Origin: Alphaproteobacteria bacterium
GTDB lineage: Bacteria; Pseudomonadota; Alphaproteobacteria; MPNO01
Direction: 5' to 3'
Assembly: GCA_964291675.2 (NCBI GenBank)
Contig: OZ219866.1
Location: 832,001 to 896,000 of the forward strand
Length of the DNA stretch: 64,000 nt
In this document: in pieces, positions 1 through 10,922 of the stretch
Numbering within the stretch: position 1 is the first letter of the stretch
Layout of the letters: every line of letters begins with the position of its first letter
Translations under genes and position numbers: made by a program
Notes under the pieces: model-generated
Database searches by the model: none
Told to the model about the DNA's origin: nothing
The model's input: only the letters and a program-made list of their open reading frames with translations

Positions 1-1
1 C

Positions 2-1267
2 CCGCTGACCTGGCGCCCCGACGTGCTCGCCGCGCGGCTGACCAACTGGCTGATGGCGGCGGAGCATCTCTACCCGGTCGACGAGCCGCTCGACGCCAAG
101 CCCTTTCTCGGCAGCCTGATCCGCCAGGCGCGGCATCTGGGCCGGGCGGTCGGCATGCTGGACCCCGGCACCGACCGGCTGCTGGCGCTGTGCGCGCTGG
201 CGCTGACGGGGGTCTGCATGCCCTCCCAGGCCCGCAACCTGCCGCGCTGGCTCGACATGCTGAGCGCCGAAGCGGTCGCCCAGATCGGCGGCGACGGGGT
301 CCACGTCACCCGCAGCCCGGCCGGGCAGCTCTTGATCCTGCGGCGCCTGGTGGAGCTGCACGGGGTGCTGCGCGAGGCCGGGATCGATGCGCCGCAGTCG
401 CTGGAGAGCGCGATCGCCCGGATGGCGGCGGCGCTGCGCGCGCTGCGCCACGGCGACGGCCGGCTCTGCCTGTTCAACGACAGCAACGAGGAGGAGAACT
501 GGCTGATCGACCTCGTGCTGAGCCGCGCGGAGATGCGCGATCACCATGTCGAGACCTCGCCCGCGGATGCCGGGTTCCAGCGCCTCGTCGCCAACCGCGC
601 GGTGGTGGTGATGGATGCCGCGCCGCTGCCCCCGCCGGGCTTCGACCGGCACGCCCATGCCGGCACGCTGAGCTTCGAGATGAGCGTCGGGCGCCAGCGC
701 ATGGTGGTCAACTGCGGCGCCTATTTCGGCTCGCGCGAGGACTGGCGCTTCGCCCAGCGCGCCACCGCCGCCCACTCGACCGTGACCATAGACGACTACA
801 ACTCGGCCGACGTGCTGGGCGACTCGCTGATCGGGTTCCGGCCCCGGGTCGACTCGGTCGACCGCCACGAGGCGGACGGCAATGTCTGGCTCGACGCTGC
901 GATCTCCGATTATGGCGGGATCCCCGGGCTCGGGCACCAGCGGCGGCTCTACTTGTCGTCGAACGGCGCCAACCTGCGCGGCGAGGACAATATTTCGAGC
1001 CGGCGCCAGCATCGCTTCGTGGTCCGCTTCCACCTGCACCCCTCGGTCACCGCGTCGCTGGCGCAGAACGAGGAATCGGTGCTGCTCCGGCTGCGCGACG
1101 GCGAGGGCTGGCGCTTTCGCGCCGAAGGCGGCGTCGTCGGGCTGCAGGAGAGCGTCTATCTCGGCTTTCGCGGGCGGCCGCGGCGCACCGGCCAGATCGT
1201 CGTCACGGGCGTCAAGCGAAGCGGCTCGGCGACCGTCAAATGGGCCTTTAGCCGGCTCGGCGGCTGA
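2..1267 (+). CDS. Heparinase II/III family protein (5' truncated at window edge)
   Basis: Frame is open from the window start; motifs LRHGDGRLCLFND, HAHAGTLSFEMS, RATAAHST and RFHLHP are typical of alphaproteobacterial heparinase II/III-like proteins. Confidence 0.85.
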   Translation, partial: PLTWRPDVLAARLTNWLMAAEHLYPVDEPLDAKPFLGSLIRQARHLGRAVGMLDPGTDRLLALCALALTGVCMPSQARNLPRWLDMLSAEAVAQIGGDGVHVTRSPAGQLLILRRLVELHGVLREAGIDAPQSLESAIARMAAALRALRHGDGRLCLFNDSNEEENWLIDLVLSRAEMRDHHVETSPADAGFQRLVANRAVVVMDAAPLPPPGFDRHAHAGTLSFEMSVGRQRMVVNCGAYFGSREDWRFAQRATAAHSTVTIDDYNSADVLGDSLIGFRPRVDSVDRHEADGNVWLDAAISDYGGIPGLGHQRRLYLSSNGANLRGEDNISSRRQHRFVVRFHLHPSVTASLAQNEESVLLRLRDGEGWRFRAEGGVVGLQESVYLGFRGRPRRTGQIVVTGVKRSGSATVKWAFSRLGG

Positions 1268-1487
1268 CCGCCTCGCGCAGCCCCTCGACGACGTAAACCC
1301 GGAGCGCCGAGGCGAGGCTGCCCCGCCGCGCGGCATCGATCTCGGTGACCAGCGCGGCGATCGTCAGGCTGCGCCGCTCGGCGGTCGCAGCGAGCTCCTG
1401 CCAGAACGCGGGCTCCAGCGCGACGCTGGTCCGGTGACCCGACACGGTCAGCGTGCGCCGCTCCAGGCCGGATCGCGTGAGGCTCAT
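1248..1487 (-). CDS. Ribbon-helix-helix domain protein (RHH_4-like)
   Basis: RRTLTVSGHRTSVALEPAFW...SLASALRVYV signature. Confidence 0.85.
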   Translation of the reverse strand: MSLTRSGLERRTLTVSGHRTSVALEPAFWQELAATAERRSLTIAALVTEIDAARRGSLASALRVYVVEGLREAVSRRAG

Positions 1488-1518
1488 CGCGGGATCCGGC
1501 GTGCGCGCCGGGCGGCGT

Positions 1519-3213
1519 TCAGAACAGCCCTTCGATCTCGCCCGCCTCGTTGACCGTGATGCTGTTCGCCGCGGGAACCCGCGGCAGCCCGGGCATGGTC
1601 ATGATGTCGCCGCAGATCGCGACCACGAAGCCCGCGCCGTTGGCGAGCCTCGCCTCGCGGATTTGCAGATCGTGCCCCTCCGGCGCGCCGCGCAAGGCGG
1701 GATCGGCCGAGAAGCTGAGCGGGGTCTTGGCCATGCAGACCGGGAGCGTGCCGTAGCCGGCCTCCTGGTAGCCCGCGATCTGGCGCCTTACCCGGTCCGG
1801 GGCGCCGACCGTGCCGGCCTTGTAGATGTCGCGCGCGACGGTCTCGATCTTGTCCCAGAGCGGCATCTCATCGGGGTAGAGGAAGCGGAAGCCCGGGTTG
1901 GGCGCCTCCGCCGCGGCGACCACCTTCTCGGCGAGCGCCACGGCGCCGGCGCTGCCCTCGCCCCAATGGGTGCAGTCGACCGCCTCGACCCCGTACTCCG
2001 CGCAGGCCCCGGTGACCACCGCGACCTCGGCCGCGGTGTCGGCGTTGAAGTGGTTCAGCGCGACGACGACCGGGACGCCGAAGCCCTGGAGGTTCTCGAT
2101 ATGGCGCTTGAGATTGGCGACGCCGTCGCCGACGGCGGCGACGTTCTCCGCGCCGAGCGCGTCGCGCGCCACCCCGCCATGCATCTTGAGCGCGCGGATG
2201 GTCGCCACCAGCACCACCGCGTCGGGCTCGAACCCCGCCTTGCGGCACTTGATGTCGATGAATTTCTCGCCGCCCAGGTCGGAGCCGAACCCGGCCTCGG
2301 TGACGGTGTAATCGGCGAGCTTGAGCGCCGTTCTCGTGGCGGTCACCGAGTTGCAGCCATGCGCGATATTGGCGAACGGCCCGCCATGCACGAAGGCGGG
2401 CGTCTTCTCCAGCGTCTGCACCATGTTGGGCAGGATCGCCTCCTTCAGGAGCGCGGTCATCGGGCCGGGCGCCATCAGGTCGCGGGCGAAGACCGGCTCG
2501 CGGCCCCTGGTCTCGGCAACCACGATGTTGCCCAGCCGCTCTTTCAAATCGGCCAGGCTCTCGGCGAGGCAGAACACGGCCATCACCTCGGACGCCACGG
2601 TGATGTCGAACCCGTCCTCGCGCGGAAACCCGTTGGCGACGCCGCCGAGCGAGCCCACGATCGAGCGCAGCGCCCGGTCGTTGAGGTCGACCACCCGGCG
2701 CCACGAGATGCGGCGCGCGTCGATGCCCAGCGCGTTGCCCCAGTAGATGTGGTTGTCGAGCAGCGCCGACAGCAGGTTGTGGGCCGAGCCGATGGCGTGG
2801 AAATCGCCGGTGAAGTGGAGGTTGATGTCCTCCATCGGCACCACCTGGGCATAGCCGCCGCCCGCGGCGCCGCCCTTGACGCCGAAACAGGGGCCGAGGC
2901 TGGGCTCGCGCAGGCAGATCACGGTCCGCTTGCCGATCGCGTTCAGCGCGTCGCCGAGACCGACCGTCGTCGTGGTCTTGCCCTCGCCGGCCGGGGTGGG
3001 CGTCATGCCGGTGACCAGGATCAGCTTGCCGTCCGGCTTGCCGGCGAGCGTGTCGATATAGTCGAGCGAGACCTTCGCCTTGTGCGGGCCGAAGCGGTAG
3101 ACCGCCTCGTCCGGGATGTCGAGCGAGCCGGTGATCTCGGTGATTTCCGCGAGCGTGGCGGCGCGCGCGATCTCGAGGTCGGACTTGACCTCGCTGCCCA
3201 TGTTGTTGCTCAT
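1519..3213 (-). CDS. fhs: Formate--tetrahydrofolate ligase
   Basis: [42 protein letters not shown]; start taken at [16 protein letters not shown]. Confidence 0.97.
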   Translation of the reverse strand: MSNNMGSEVKSDLEIARAATLAEITEITGSLDIPDEAVYRFGPHKAKVSLDYIDTLAGKPDGKLILVTGMTPTPAGEGKTTTTVGLGDALNAIGKRTVICLREPSLGPCFGVKGGAAGGGYAQVVPMEDINLHFTGDFHAIGSAHNLLSALLDNHIYWGNALGIDARRISWRRVVDLNDRALRSIVGSLGGVANGFPREDGFDITVASEVMAVFCLAESLADLKERLGNIVVAETRGREPVFARDLMAPGPMTALLKEAILPNMVQTLEKTPAFVHGGPFANIAHGCNSVTATRTALKLADYTVTEAGFGSDLGGEKFIDIKCRKAGFEPDAVVLVATIRALKMHGGVARDALGAENVAAVGDGVANLKRHIENLQGFGVPVVVALNHFNADTAAEVAVVTGACAEYGVEAVDCTHWGEGSAGAVALAEKVVAAAEAPNPGFRFLYPDEMPLWDKIETVARDIYKAGTVGAPDRVRRQIAGYQEAGYGTLPVCMAKTPLSFSADPALRGAPEGHDLQIREARLANGAGFVVAICGDIMTMPGLPRVPAANSITVNEAGEIEGLF

Positions 3214-3355
3214 CGTGCCTCCCGATCCTGCGGCCCCGGATATTAGGGATGCGCGGCGCCGCGCAAAAGTCCGGGCGACGAATCCGGGCCTCGGCGCGCG
3301 CGGTCTGGCAGAATGGCCGGCGACGGCGCGCAACCGGAGAGCGGAGGAGCGGCAG

Positions 3356-3832
3356 ATGGCGGGACGGATCGAGGCGCGGCTTGCGGAGCTCGGCATCGTG
3401 CTGCCCGAGGCGGGGGCGCCGAAGGCGGCGAAGATCCTGACCGCCAAGATCTCGGGCGACTGGATGTATGTCTCGGGCGCGGTGCCGAAGGAGGGCGGCG
3501 AGCTCCGCTATGTCGGCAAGGTGGGGCGCGAGTTCTCGCTGGACGAGGGGCGGGCGGCGGCGCGGCTCAGCGCGCTCAACATGCTCGCCCATGCGCGCAA
3601 GGCGCTCGACGGCGACCTCGACCGGGTGCGCGACATCGTCAATGTGCGTGGATTCATCAATATCGACCCCGACTTCACCGAGATCGCCGAGACCCTGAAC
3701 GGCGCCTCGGAGGTGCTGATCGAGATCTTCGGCGAGCGCGGCCGCCACGCCCGGACCGCGGTCGGGGTGTCGGGGATGCCGTTCGGCGTCGCCATCGAGG
3801 TCGAGGCGCAGATGCGCATCGACCCGGCCTGA
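3356..3832 (+). CDS. RidA/YjgF family protein
   Basis: [37 protein letters not shown]; GGAGG RBS upstream. Confidence 0.9.
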   Translation: MAGRIEARLAELGIVLPEAGAPKAAKILTAKISGDWMYVSGAVPKEGGELRYVGKVGREFSLDEGRAAARLSALNMLAHARKALDGDLDRVRDIVNVRGFINIDPDFTEIAETLNGASEVLIEIFGERGRHARTAVGVSGMPFGVAIEVEAQMRIDPA

Positions 3833-3897
3833 GCGGCTTGCAAGCGCGGCCGGGCTGGGCCACGATCCGTCAGCGCAAGGCCGAAGGAGGTCCCGTC

Positions 3898-4446
3898 ATG
3901 CAGCGCGTCAAGCACGAGGTCCCGGGCGCCTACCGGGACATGACCATCGACGAGCTGGCCGAGCGCCAGGTGGTGCGCTACGGCGAGCTGGAGCCCGACT
4001 GGGACGCCTTCGCGGACTCGCAGATCGAGGGCCGGCGCCGGGCGCAGTTCCGCCTGATCGGCGTCGGCGGGTCCGGCAAGGAGGACCCGCACGCCTTGCC
4101 GGCGGGCGGGTTCACGCTGTCGATGCTGATAATCCCGCCGGGCCAGGGCGGCTCCGCCCACACCCACGAGGTGGAGGAGGCGTTCTTCGTGCTGGAGGGC
4201 GAGCTCACGGTGTTCTTCCAGGACGAGACCGGGCGCCAGGCCGGGACCGTGCTCCGCCCCTACGAGGTCGCGCTGTGCCCGGCCGGCATCCCGCACGGCT
4301 TCGTGAACGAGGGCGACCGGGACGCGCTGATCCAGATCATGATCGGCAGCGGCGAGCCCGGCCCGATCGGCTTCGTCGACGACGACATCTATCGCGAGGA
4401 GGTCGACCGGCTGACCTCGCGCGGCCGCGCGGTGGCGGCGGAGTAG
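3898..4446 (+). CDS. Cupin domain protein
   Basis: AHTHEVEEAFFVLEG...PAGIPHGF cupin motifs; AAGGAGG RBS. Confidence 0.9.
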   Translation: MQRVKHEVPGAYRDMTIDELAERQVVRYGELEPDWDAFADSQIEGRRRAQFRLIGVGGSGKEDPHALPAGGFTLSMLIIPPGQGGSAHTHEVEEAFFVLEGELTVFFQDETGRQAGTVLRPYEVALCPAGIPHGFVNEGDRDALIQIMIGSGEPGPIGFVDDDIYREEVDRLTSRGRAVAAE

Positions 4447-4464
4447 GACGCTCCCGAGGGCGCG

Positions 4465-5460
4465 ATGACGGCCGAGCAGGTCCCGCTGATCGACATCTCC
4501 GGCTTCGAGACCGGGGATGCCGCGGCCAGGCGGCGCATCGCCGGCGCGGTGGCCGAGGCGGTCGAGGGGATCGGCTTTTTCTCGGTCGCCGGGCACGGCG
4601 TCGATCCGGCGCTGATGCGGCGCATGGCCGGGCGCTGCGCCGCCTTCTTCGACCTGCCCGAGCCGGCCAAGCGGCGCCATGCCAACCCGGCGCGCAACAT
4701 CAACCGGGGCTACGTGCCGCTCGGCGACGAGTTCGTCGCTGCCTCGCAGGGCGACGCCACGCCGCCGGACTACCGCGAGGCGCTCGCCTTCGGCCGCTTC
4801 GACCTGCCGGACGACCCCTATTACCGGCGGCCCGAGGCGGCCTACGCCTACGAGCCCAATATCTGGCCCGACGGGGTGGCGGGGCTGGGCGGGACGGTGC
4901 GCGAATACTACGCCGCGCTGGAGGGGCTCAACCGCCGCCTGCTCGGCATCTTCGCCGCCGCGCTCGGCATCGACGCGCAGTATTTCCTCGACCGCTTCGA
5001 CCGCCATGCCAGCGTGCTGCGGGCGATCAACTACCCCGACCAGGACGAGCCGCCGGCGCCGGGCCAGCTGCGCTGCGGCGCGCACTCGGATTTCGGCACC
5101 CACACGCTGCTGCAGATCGACGACGCGCCGGGCGGGCTGCAGGCGCGGGCGCGCGACGGCTCGTGGGTCGACGTGAGCCCGCCTTCCGGCTCCTTCGTGG
5201 TCAATATCGGCGACCTGATGATGGTGTGGACCAACGACCGCTGGCTGTCCAACCTGCACCGGGTGGTCAACCCGCCGGAAGGGGCCGGCGGCGCCAGGCG
5301 CCAGTCGATCGCCTTCTTCGTCCAGCCCAACTACGACGCCCGGATCGCCTGCATCCCGACCTGCCTGGCCGCGGGGGAGGCGCCGCGCCACGCCCCGGTC
5401 ACCGCCTGGGAGTACCGCCACGCCAGGCTCAGCCGGACCGCACCCGCGCACAACGCGTGA
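4465..5460 (+). CDS. Isopenicillin N synthase-like 2OG-Fe(II) oxygenase
   Basis: VPLIDIS, HSD...SNLHRV...RQSIAFF motifs. Confidence 0.92.
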   Translation: MTAEQVPLIDISGFETGDAAARRRIAGAVAEAVEGIGFFSVAGHGVDPALMRRMAGRCAAFFDLPEPAKRRHANPARNINRGYVPLGDEFVAASQGDATPPDYREALAFGRFDLPDDPYYRRPEAAYAYEPNIWPDGVAGLGGTVREYYAALEGLNRRLLGIFAAALGIDAQYFLDRFDRHASVLRAINYPDQDEPPAPGQLRCGAHSDFGTHTLLQIDDAPGGLQARARDGSWVDVSPPSGSFVVNIGDLMMVWTNDRWLSNLHRVVNPPEGAGGARRQSIAFFVQPNYDARIACIPTCLAAGEAPRHAPVTAWEYRHARLSRTAPAHNA

Positions 5461-5466
5461 GCCGCC

Positions 5467-6276
5467 CTACTTGCCGAGCTCGGCCACGCGCGCCTCGATG
5501 CGCTGCAGCGCGTCGCGCGCGGCGGCGGCCTCCTCGCGGATGGATCTCAGCGTGTCCTCGCCGTCGCCGAGCGAGACCTCGACGCGCGCGTCCTGCAGAT
5601 TGTTGATCACCACCGCGATCACCAGGTTGATCATGATCACGGCGGCCAGCATGACGAAGCTGACGAAGAACAGCCACGCCATCGGGTGGAGCTCCATCGC
5701 GACATACATCACGTCGGTCCAGTCCTCCAGCGTCATCACCCGGAACAGGGTGAGCAGCCCGATGCCGAGCGAGCGCCAATGCGTCGGGTCGTGGTCGCGG
5801 AACAGATGCACACCGGCGACCGCGTAGACGTAGTACAGCACCGAGAGCAGCAGCATCACGTTGCCGAGCCCGGGGAGCGAGCGGATCAGGGTGGCGATGA
5901 TGAGCCGGAGCTGGGGCAGCACGGTCGCCACCCGGAGCACCCGGAGCAGCCGGGCGAGCCGGGCGATCAGCGCGAAGTCGCCGGTCTCGGGCAGGAAGGC
6001 GAGCACCAGCACGGTGAAGTCGAACAGGTTCCAGCCGTCGCCGAAATAGCGCCCGAAGCGCGGCGCGACGGCGGTGAGCTTGACCGCCGCCTCGACCACG
6101 AACGCCGCCAGCGCCACGTCATAGGCGATCAGGATGGCGGCGCCGAAGCGCGCCCCGAGCGCCTCGCTGGTCTCGATGCCGAGCCCGACCGCGGTCGCCA
6201 GGATCATGGCCACGATCGCGATGTTGAAGGCGCGCGTCTCGACGATGCGCGCGCAGCTTCGGGTCAGTGGATTCAT
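5467..6276 (-). CDS. Voltage-gated cation channel (BacNav-like ion transporter)
   Basis: Six hydrophobic segments, S4 RLARLLRVLRV, pore filter TLEDWTD, S6 INLVIAVVINN. Confidence 0.93.
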   Translation of the reverse strand: MNPLTRSCARIVETRAFNIAIVAMILATAVGLGIETSEALGARFGAAILIAYDVALAAFVVEAAVKLTAVAPRFGRYFGDGWNLFDFTVLVLAFLPETGDFALIARLARLLRVLRVATVLPQLRLIIATLIRSLPGLGNVMLLLSVLYYVYAVAGVHLFRDHDPTHWRSLGIGLLTLFRVMTLEDWTDVMYVAMELHPMAWLFFVSFVMLAAVIMINLVIAVVINNLQDARVEVSLGDGEDTLRSIREEAAAARDALQRIEARVAELGK

Positions 6277-6364
6277 CCGAGCAAGCTCCCGTCCTGAAAC
6301 GCGGCCGCTTCATCGCCCAGAGCGGCGGAGTCCGCAAGCACCGCGCGCCGGGACGGCCGCCCCC

Positions 6365-7696
6365 TCACTTGCCGATGCAGAAATCTCGGAAGATGGCGTC
6401 GAGCACGTCCTCGACCCCGACCCGCCCGGTGAGCCGCCCGAGCGCGGCGGCGGCGGCGCGCAGGTCCTCGGCGCGGAGCTCGGGGATGTCCTGTCCTTGC
6501 GCCCGATCCAGCGCGGCGAGGCAGGTTTCGAGCGCGAGCCGGTGGCGCAGCCGGGTCGGCACCGGCGCGGCGCCCGAGGCGGTGCGTTCCGCGACGGCGT
6601 CCGCGAGGCGCGCGATCACCTCCGCGAGCCCGTCCCCGGTGCGCACCGAGAGGGCGGTCGCGGGCCGGCCGGCGATGCGGGCGGGCGGCGGGGTTGCGCG
6701 GAGGTCGGTCTTGTTGAGCGCGACCAGCGCGTCGCCGTCGATCAGCCGGGCGAGCGCGGCGTCGGGCTCGGGGTCGCGCGCGTCGAGCATCACCAGGCGG
6801 AGATCGGCGTCGTCCGCGCGCGCCAGCGCGCGGCGGATGCCCTCGGCCTCGACGGCGCCCGCCGCCTCGCGCAGCCCGGCGGTGTCGATCACCGTCGCCG
6901 GCAGCCCGCCGAGGTCGAGATGGATCTCGATCGCATCGCGCGTCGTCCCGGCCTCCTCCGCCACGATCGCCGCCTCGCGCCGGGCGAGGGCGTTGACCAG
7001 GCTCGACTTGCCGACATTGGGCGGGCCGAGCACGGCGACCGCGACGCCGTCGCGCAGCCGCTCGCCCCGCCTGGCGTCGCCGAGATGGCGGGCGACCTCG
7101 CGGGCGAGCCCGGCGACGGTCTCCGCGATCCGCGCTTCGGCCTCCGGCGGCAGATCCTCGTCGGGGAAGTCGATGAAGGCTTCGAGATGGGCCAGCGCGC
7201 CGACCAGAAGCTCGCGCCAGGATTCGTACAGCGCGGCCAGCGCGCCGCCCGCCTGGCGCCGCGCCTGGCGGCGCTGCGCCTCGGTCTCGGCGTCGACCAG
7301 ATCGGCGATCGCCTCGACCTGGGTGAGGTCGAGCTTGCCGGCGGCGAAGGCGCGGCGGGTGAAGTCGCCGGGCCCGGCCGGCACCAGCCCGTCGATGCGC
7401 CCGAGCGCGAGCCCCACCGCCTCGATCACCGCCCGCCCGCCATGGACGTGCAGCTCGGCCATGTCCTCGCCGGTATAGCTCGCCGGGCCCGGGAACCACA
7501 GCGCGAGCCCGTCATCGATCACCTCGCCGGTCGCGGGCTCGGTGATGTCCACCCGCATCGCCCGCCGGGGCGCCGGGTCGGCGAGCCCGGTCAGGCGTTC
7601 GAGCGCGGCACCGGCGGCGGGGCCCGAGACCCGGAACACCGCGATCGCAGCCCGCCCCCGCGCGGTCGACAGCGCAAACACGGTGGTAACGCTCAC
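6365..7696 (-). CDS. mnmE: tRNA modification GTPase MnmE/TrmE
   Basis: GPPNVGKSSL, GTTRD, DTAGLR, NKTD, C-terminal FCIGK; GTG start inferred. Confidence 0.97.
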   Translation of the reverse strand: MSVTTVFALSTARGRAAIAVFRVSGPAAGAALERLTGLADPAPRRAMRVDITEPATGEVIDDGLALWFPGPASYTGEDMAELHVHGGRAVIEAVGLALGRIDGLVPAGPGDFTRRAFAAGKLDLTQVEAIADLVDAETEAQRRQARRQAGGALAALYESWRELLVGALAHLEAFIDFPDEDLPPEAEARIAETVAGLAREVARHLGDARRGERLRDGVAVAVLGPPNVGKSSLVNALARREAAIVAEEAGTTRDAIEIHLDLGGLPATVIDTAGLREAAGAVEAEGIRRALARADDADLRLVMLDARDPEPDAALARLIDGDALVALNKTDLRATPPPARIAGRPATALSVRTGDGLAEVIARLADAVAERTASGAAPVPTRLRHRLALETCLAALDRAQGQDIPELRAEDLRAAAAALGRLTGRVGVEDVLDAIFRDFCIGK

Positions 7697-7749
7697 CGGC
7701 CGCACCCGCCATGGTTGACGGGCCGCCATGCATCGGGGAGAATCCGCGC

Positions 7750-8043
7750 ATGACGGTAGAGATCGGCGGCTTCATCGGCCTCGCCGCCCTGATGGTGGCA
7801 CTCTTCGCGTGGATGCGCCTGGACGTCAGGACGCTGCGCGAGGAAATGCGCCAGATGGAGGCGCGCATCGGCGACCGCTTCGAGCGGCTGGAGGCGCGTA
7901 TCAACGACCGCTTCGAGCGACTGGAGGCGCGGGTTGCGGCCATAGAAATGCGGCTCGCCGCGGTGGAGCACGGCCAGGCCAAGCTGGAAGGGCTGCTCGA
8001 AGGGTTGCGCGAGGCCATCGCCGGCCGCACCCCCGCAGAGTAG
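7750..8043 (+). CDS. Small N-terminally membrane-anchored coiled-coil protein (copy 1)
   Basis: Hydrophobic N-terminus followed by 11-aa repeats EARIGDRFERL/EARINDRFERL; GGAG RBS. Confidence 0.75.
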   Translation: MTVEIGGFIGLAALMVALFAWMRLDVRTLREEMRQMEARIGDRFERLEARINDRFERLEARVAAIEMRLAAVEHGQAKLEGLLEGLREAIAGRTPAE

Positions 8044-8154
8044 CGGAAGCCCGGCCTCTCCCCCGCCGTCCGCGTCGCGCGGGGACGCGAACGGCACACC
8101 GGCCGCCCCCTTGCCTCGTGGAACCGCCTCGCCGAAGAGGCCGGGAATTCGCCC

Positions 8155-8296
8155 GCGCGCGAACCCGACCGCCTCGATCGCCGCCCGCCCGCCATGGACG
8201 TGCGGCTCGGCCATGTCCTCGCCGGTCGCGGGCTCGCGGATCGCACCCCGCCCCCGCGCGGCCAACAGCGCGAACACGGTGGTAACGCTCACCGGT
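8155..8296 (-). pseudogene. Decayed duplicate of the mnmE 5' end
   Basis: Near-identical blocks to about 7416-7474, 7532-7541 and 7641-7696, with internal deletions. Confidence 0.85.
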
Positions 8297-8345
8297 CGCA
8301 CCCGCCACGGTTGACGGCCCGCCATGCATCGGGGAGACTCGTCGC

Positions 8346-8735
8346 ATGACGGTCGAGATCGCCGGCTTCATCGGCCTCGCCGCCCTGATGGTGGCTCTCT
8401 TCGCGTGGATGCACCTGGACATCAGGGCCCTGCGCGAAGAGGTACGCGGGGACTTGAAGGCGCTGCGCGAAGAAATGCGCGGGGACTTGAAGGCGTTGCG
8501 CGAAGAGATGCGCGAGGACTTGCGCCGCCTGGAGGCGCGGCTCGCCGGCGTGGAGCACGGCCAGGCGAAGCTCGAAGAGCGGTTCTCGGCGGTGGAAAGG
8601 ACTCTCGCCGCGCTGGAACGCGGCCAGGCCAGGCTGGAAACGCGGCTCACCGCGGCGGAGCACAGCCAAGCCTAGTTCGAAGAACTGCTCGAAGGGCTGC
8701 GCGAGGCCATCGCCGGCCGCGCCGTCGCGGCGTAG
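8346..8735 (+). pseudogene. Small membrane-anchored coiled-coil protein (copy 2), premature TAG at 8673-8675
   Basis: Paralog of 7750-8043; TAG replaces AAG, and the homologous tail LLEGLREAIAGR continues in frame to a stop at 8735. Confidence 0.75.
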
Positions 8736-8852
8736 CGGAAGCCCGGCCTCTCCCCCGCCGTCCGCGTCGCGCACCGCCGCCACGCCGCCGCCTTGCGCGC
8801 GCGGGGACGACGGCGGCACACTGGCCGCCCCCTCGCCTCGTGGAACCGGCCG

Positions 8853-10865
8853 ATGAACCGCCTCGCCGAAGAGACCAGCCCGTATCTGTTGCAGCATGCC
8901 GACAACCCGGTCCACTGGCACCCCTGGGGCCCGGAGGCGCTCGCCCGGGCGAAGGCGGAGAACAAGCCGATCCTGCTCTCGATCGGCTACGCCGCCTGCC
9001 ACTGGTGCCATGTGATGGCGCATGAGAGCTTCGAGAACGACGCGATCGCCGACCAGATGAACCGCTACTTCGTCAACGTCAAGGTGGATCGCGAGGAGCG
9101 CCCGGACATCGACACCATCTACATGCAGGCGCTGCACATGATGGGCCAGCAGGGCGGCTGGCCGCTGACCATGTTCCTCACCCCGGACGGCGAGCCGTTC
9201 TGGGGCGGCACCTATTTCCCGCCGACCGGGCGCTGGGGGAGGCCGGGCTTCGCCGACGTGCTGGAGGGGCTCGCCAAGGTGTGGCGCGAGACCCCGGAGA
9301 AGGCGGGCGAGGCGGCGGAGACCCTGCGCGAGCGCATCGCCGGGCTCGGCCGGGCCGAGGCGGGGGCGCATATCCCGGTCCGGGTCAACGACGAGGCCGC
9401 GCACCGCATCGCCGGCCAGTTCGACATGAAGGAGGGCGGGCTCGGCACGGCGCCCAAATTCCCCAACCCGAGCGTGCTCCAGCTCCTGTGGCGGGCTTAC
9501 CTCAGGAACGGCGACACCGCCGCGCGCGACGCCGTCCTGCTCACCCTCGACAAGATGAGCCAGGGCGGGATCTACGACCATCTCGGCGGCGGCTACGCGC
9601 GCTACTCGACCGACGCGCGCTGGCTGGTGCCGCATTTCGAGAAGATGCTGTACGACAACGCGCAGCTCCTCGACCTGCTGACCGCCGCCTGGAAGGAGAC
9701 CGCAAGCCCGCTCTACGAGGCGCGCATCCGCGAGACCGTGGGCTGGGTCCTGCGCGAGATGATCGCCGAGGGCGGCGGGTTCGCCGCCACGCTCGATGCC
9801 GACTCCGAGGGCGAGGAGGGCAAGTTCTACGTCTGGACGGAAGCCGGGATCGACGCCGCGCTCGGGACCGACGCGGCGCTGTTCAAGGCGGCCTATGACG
9901 TGAGCGCGGACGGCAACTGGGAGGGCAAGGCGATCCTCCACCGCAACCACGGCGCGGGGCCGTTCGACGCGACCCACGAGGCGCGGCTCGCGGCCTGCCG
10001 ACAAACCCTGCTGGAGCTCAGGGCGGAGCGCATCCGCCCGGGCTGGGACGACAAGGTGCTCGCCGACTGGAACGGGCTGATGATCGCGGCGATGGCGAAC
10101 GCGGCCGCGGTGTTCGGCGAACCGGATTGGCTGGAAGCGGCCCGGACGGCGTACCGCTTCGTCGCGGAGACGATGCAGGCGGATGGCAGGCTGTTCCACG
10201 CGCACCGCGACGGCAGGACGAAGCACGCCGCCACCCTCGACGACTACGCGGCGATGGCCGGCGCCGCGCTCGCGCTCAACGAGGTGACCGGAGACGCGTC
10301 CTGCCTCGCCCAGGCGGAGGCCTGGGTGGCGGCGCTCGATGCGCATTACTGGGACGCGGCGGAGGGCGGCTATTTCCTCACCGCGGACGACGCCGAGGCG
10401 CTGATCGTCCGCACCAAGTCGGCCGACGACGACGCGACTCCGTCGGGCAACGGGCTCGCCGCCGAGGTGCTGGCGCGGCTCGCCCTGGTGACCGGCGAGA
10501 CGCGCTACCGCGACCGCGCCGAGGCGCTGATCGCCGCCTTCTCAGGCCAGATCGGGCGCAACTTCTTCCCGCTGGCGACGCTGATGAACGCGAGCGAGAT
10601 GCTGCTCGAAGGCGCGCAGGTCGTCGTCGCCGGCGCGCGCGGGGAAGACGACACCGAGGCGCTGCTCCGCGCCGCGTTCCGCACCCCCGCCGTGGCGCGG
10701 GCGATCGCCGTGGTCGAGCCGGGGACGGAGCTCCCCCGCTCCCACCCGGCGCACGGCAAGGGCCGGGTCGACGGACGGGCGGCCGCCTATGTCTGCGTCG
10801 GCCAGACCTGCTCGCTGCCGGCAACCGACGCCGAGGGGCTGCGCGCGGCGATGGCGCGGGGGTAG
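8853..10865 (+). CDS. Thioredoxin domain-containing protein (DUF255/YyaL/SSP411 family)
   Basis: [47 protein letters not shown]. Confidence 0.95.
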   Translation: MNRLAEETSPYLLQHADNPVHWHPWGPEALARAKAENKPILLSIGYAACHWCHVMAHESFENDAIADQMNRYFVNVKVDREERPDIDTIYMQALHMMGQQGGWPLTMFLTPDGEPFWGGTYFPPTGRWGRPGFADVLEGLAKVWRETPEKAGEAAETLRERIAGLGRAEAGAHIPVRVNDEAAHRIAGQFDMKEGGLGTAPKFPNPSVLQLLWRAYLRNGDTAARDAVLLTLDKMSQGGIYDHLGGGYARYSTDARWLVPHFEKMLYDNAQLLDLLTAAWKETASPLYEARIRETVGWVLREMIAEGGGFAATLDADSEGEEGKFYVWTEAGIDAALGTDAALFKAAYDVSADGNWEGKAILHRNHGAGPFDATHEARLAACRQTLLELRAERIRPGWDDKVLADWNGLMIAAMANAAAVFGEPDWLEAARTAYRFVAETMQADGRLFHAHRDGRTKHAATLDDYAAMAGAALALNEVTGDASCLAQAEAWVAALDAHYWDAAEGGYFLTADDAEALIVRTKSADDDATPSGNGLAAEVLARLALVTGETRYRDRAEALIAAFSGQIGRNFFPLATLMNASEMLLEGAQVVVAGARGEDDTEALLRAAFRTPAVARAIAVVEPGTELPRSHPAHGKGRVDGRAAAYVCVGQTCSLPATDAEGLRAAMARG

Positions 10866-10888
10866 GGCAATGCGGCGGACGGTCGACA

Positions 10889-10915
10889 TTGAAGAAATAT
10901 AGTGAAACCGCTATA
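10889..10915 (+). promoter_or_regulatory. Putative TA promoter/operator inverted repeat
   Basis: TATAGTG-aaac-CGCTATA palindrome preceded by TTGAAG, just upstream of the toxin start. Confidence 0.55.
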
Positions 10916-10922
10916 GAGTTGC

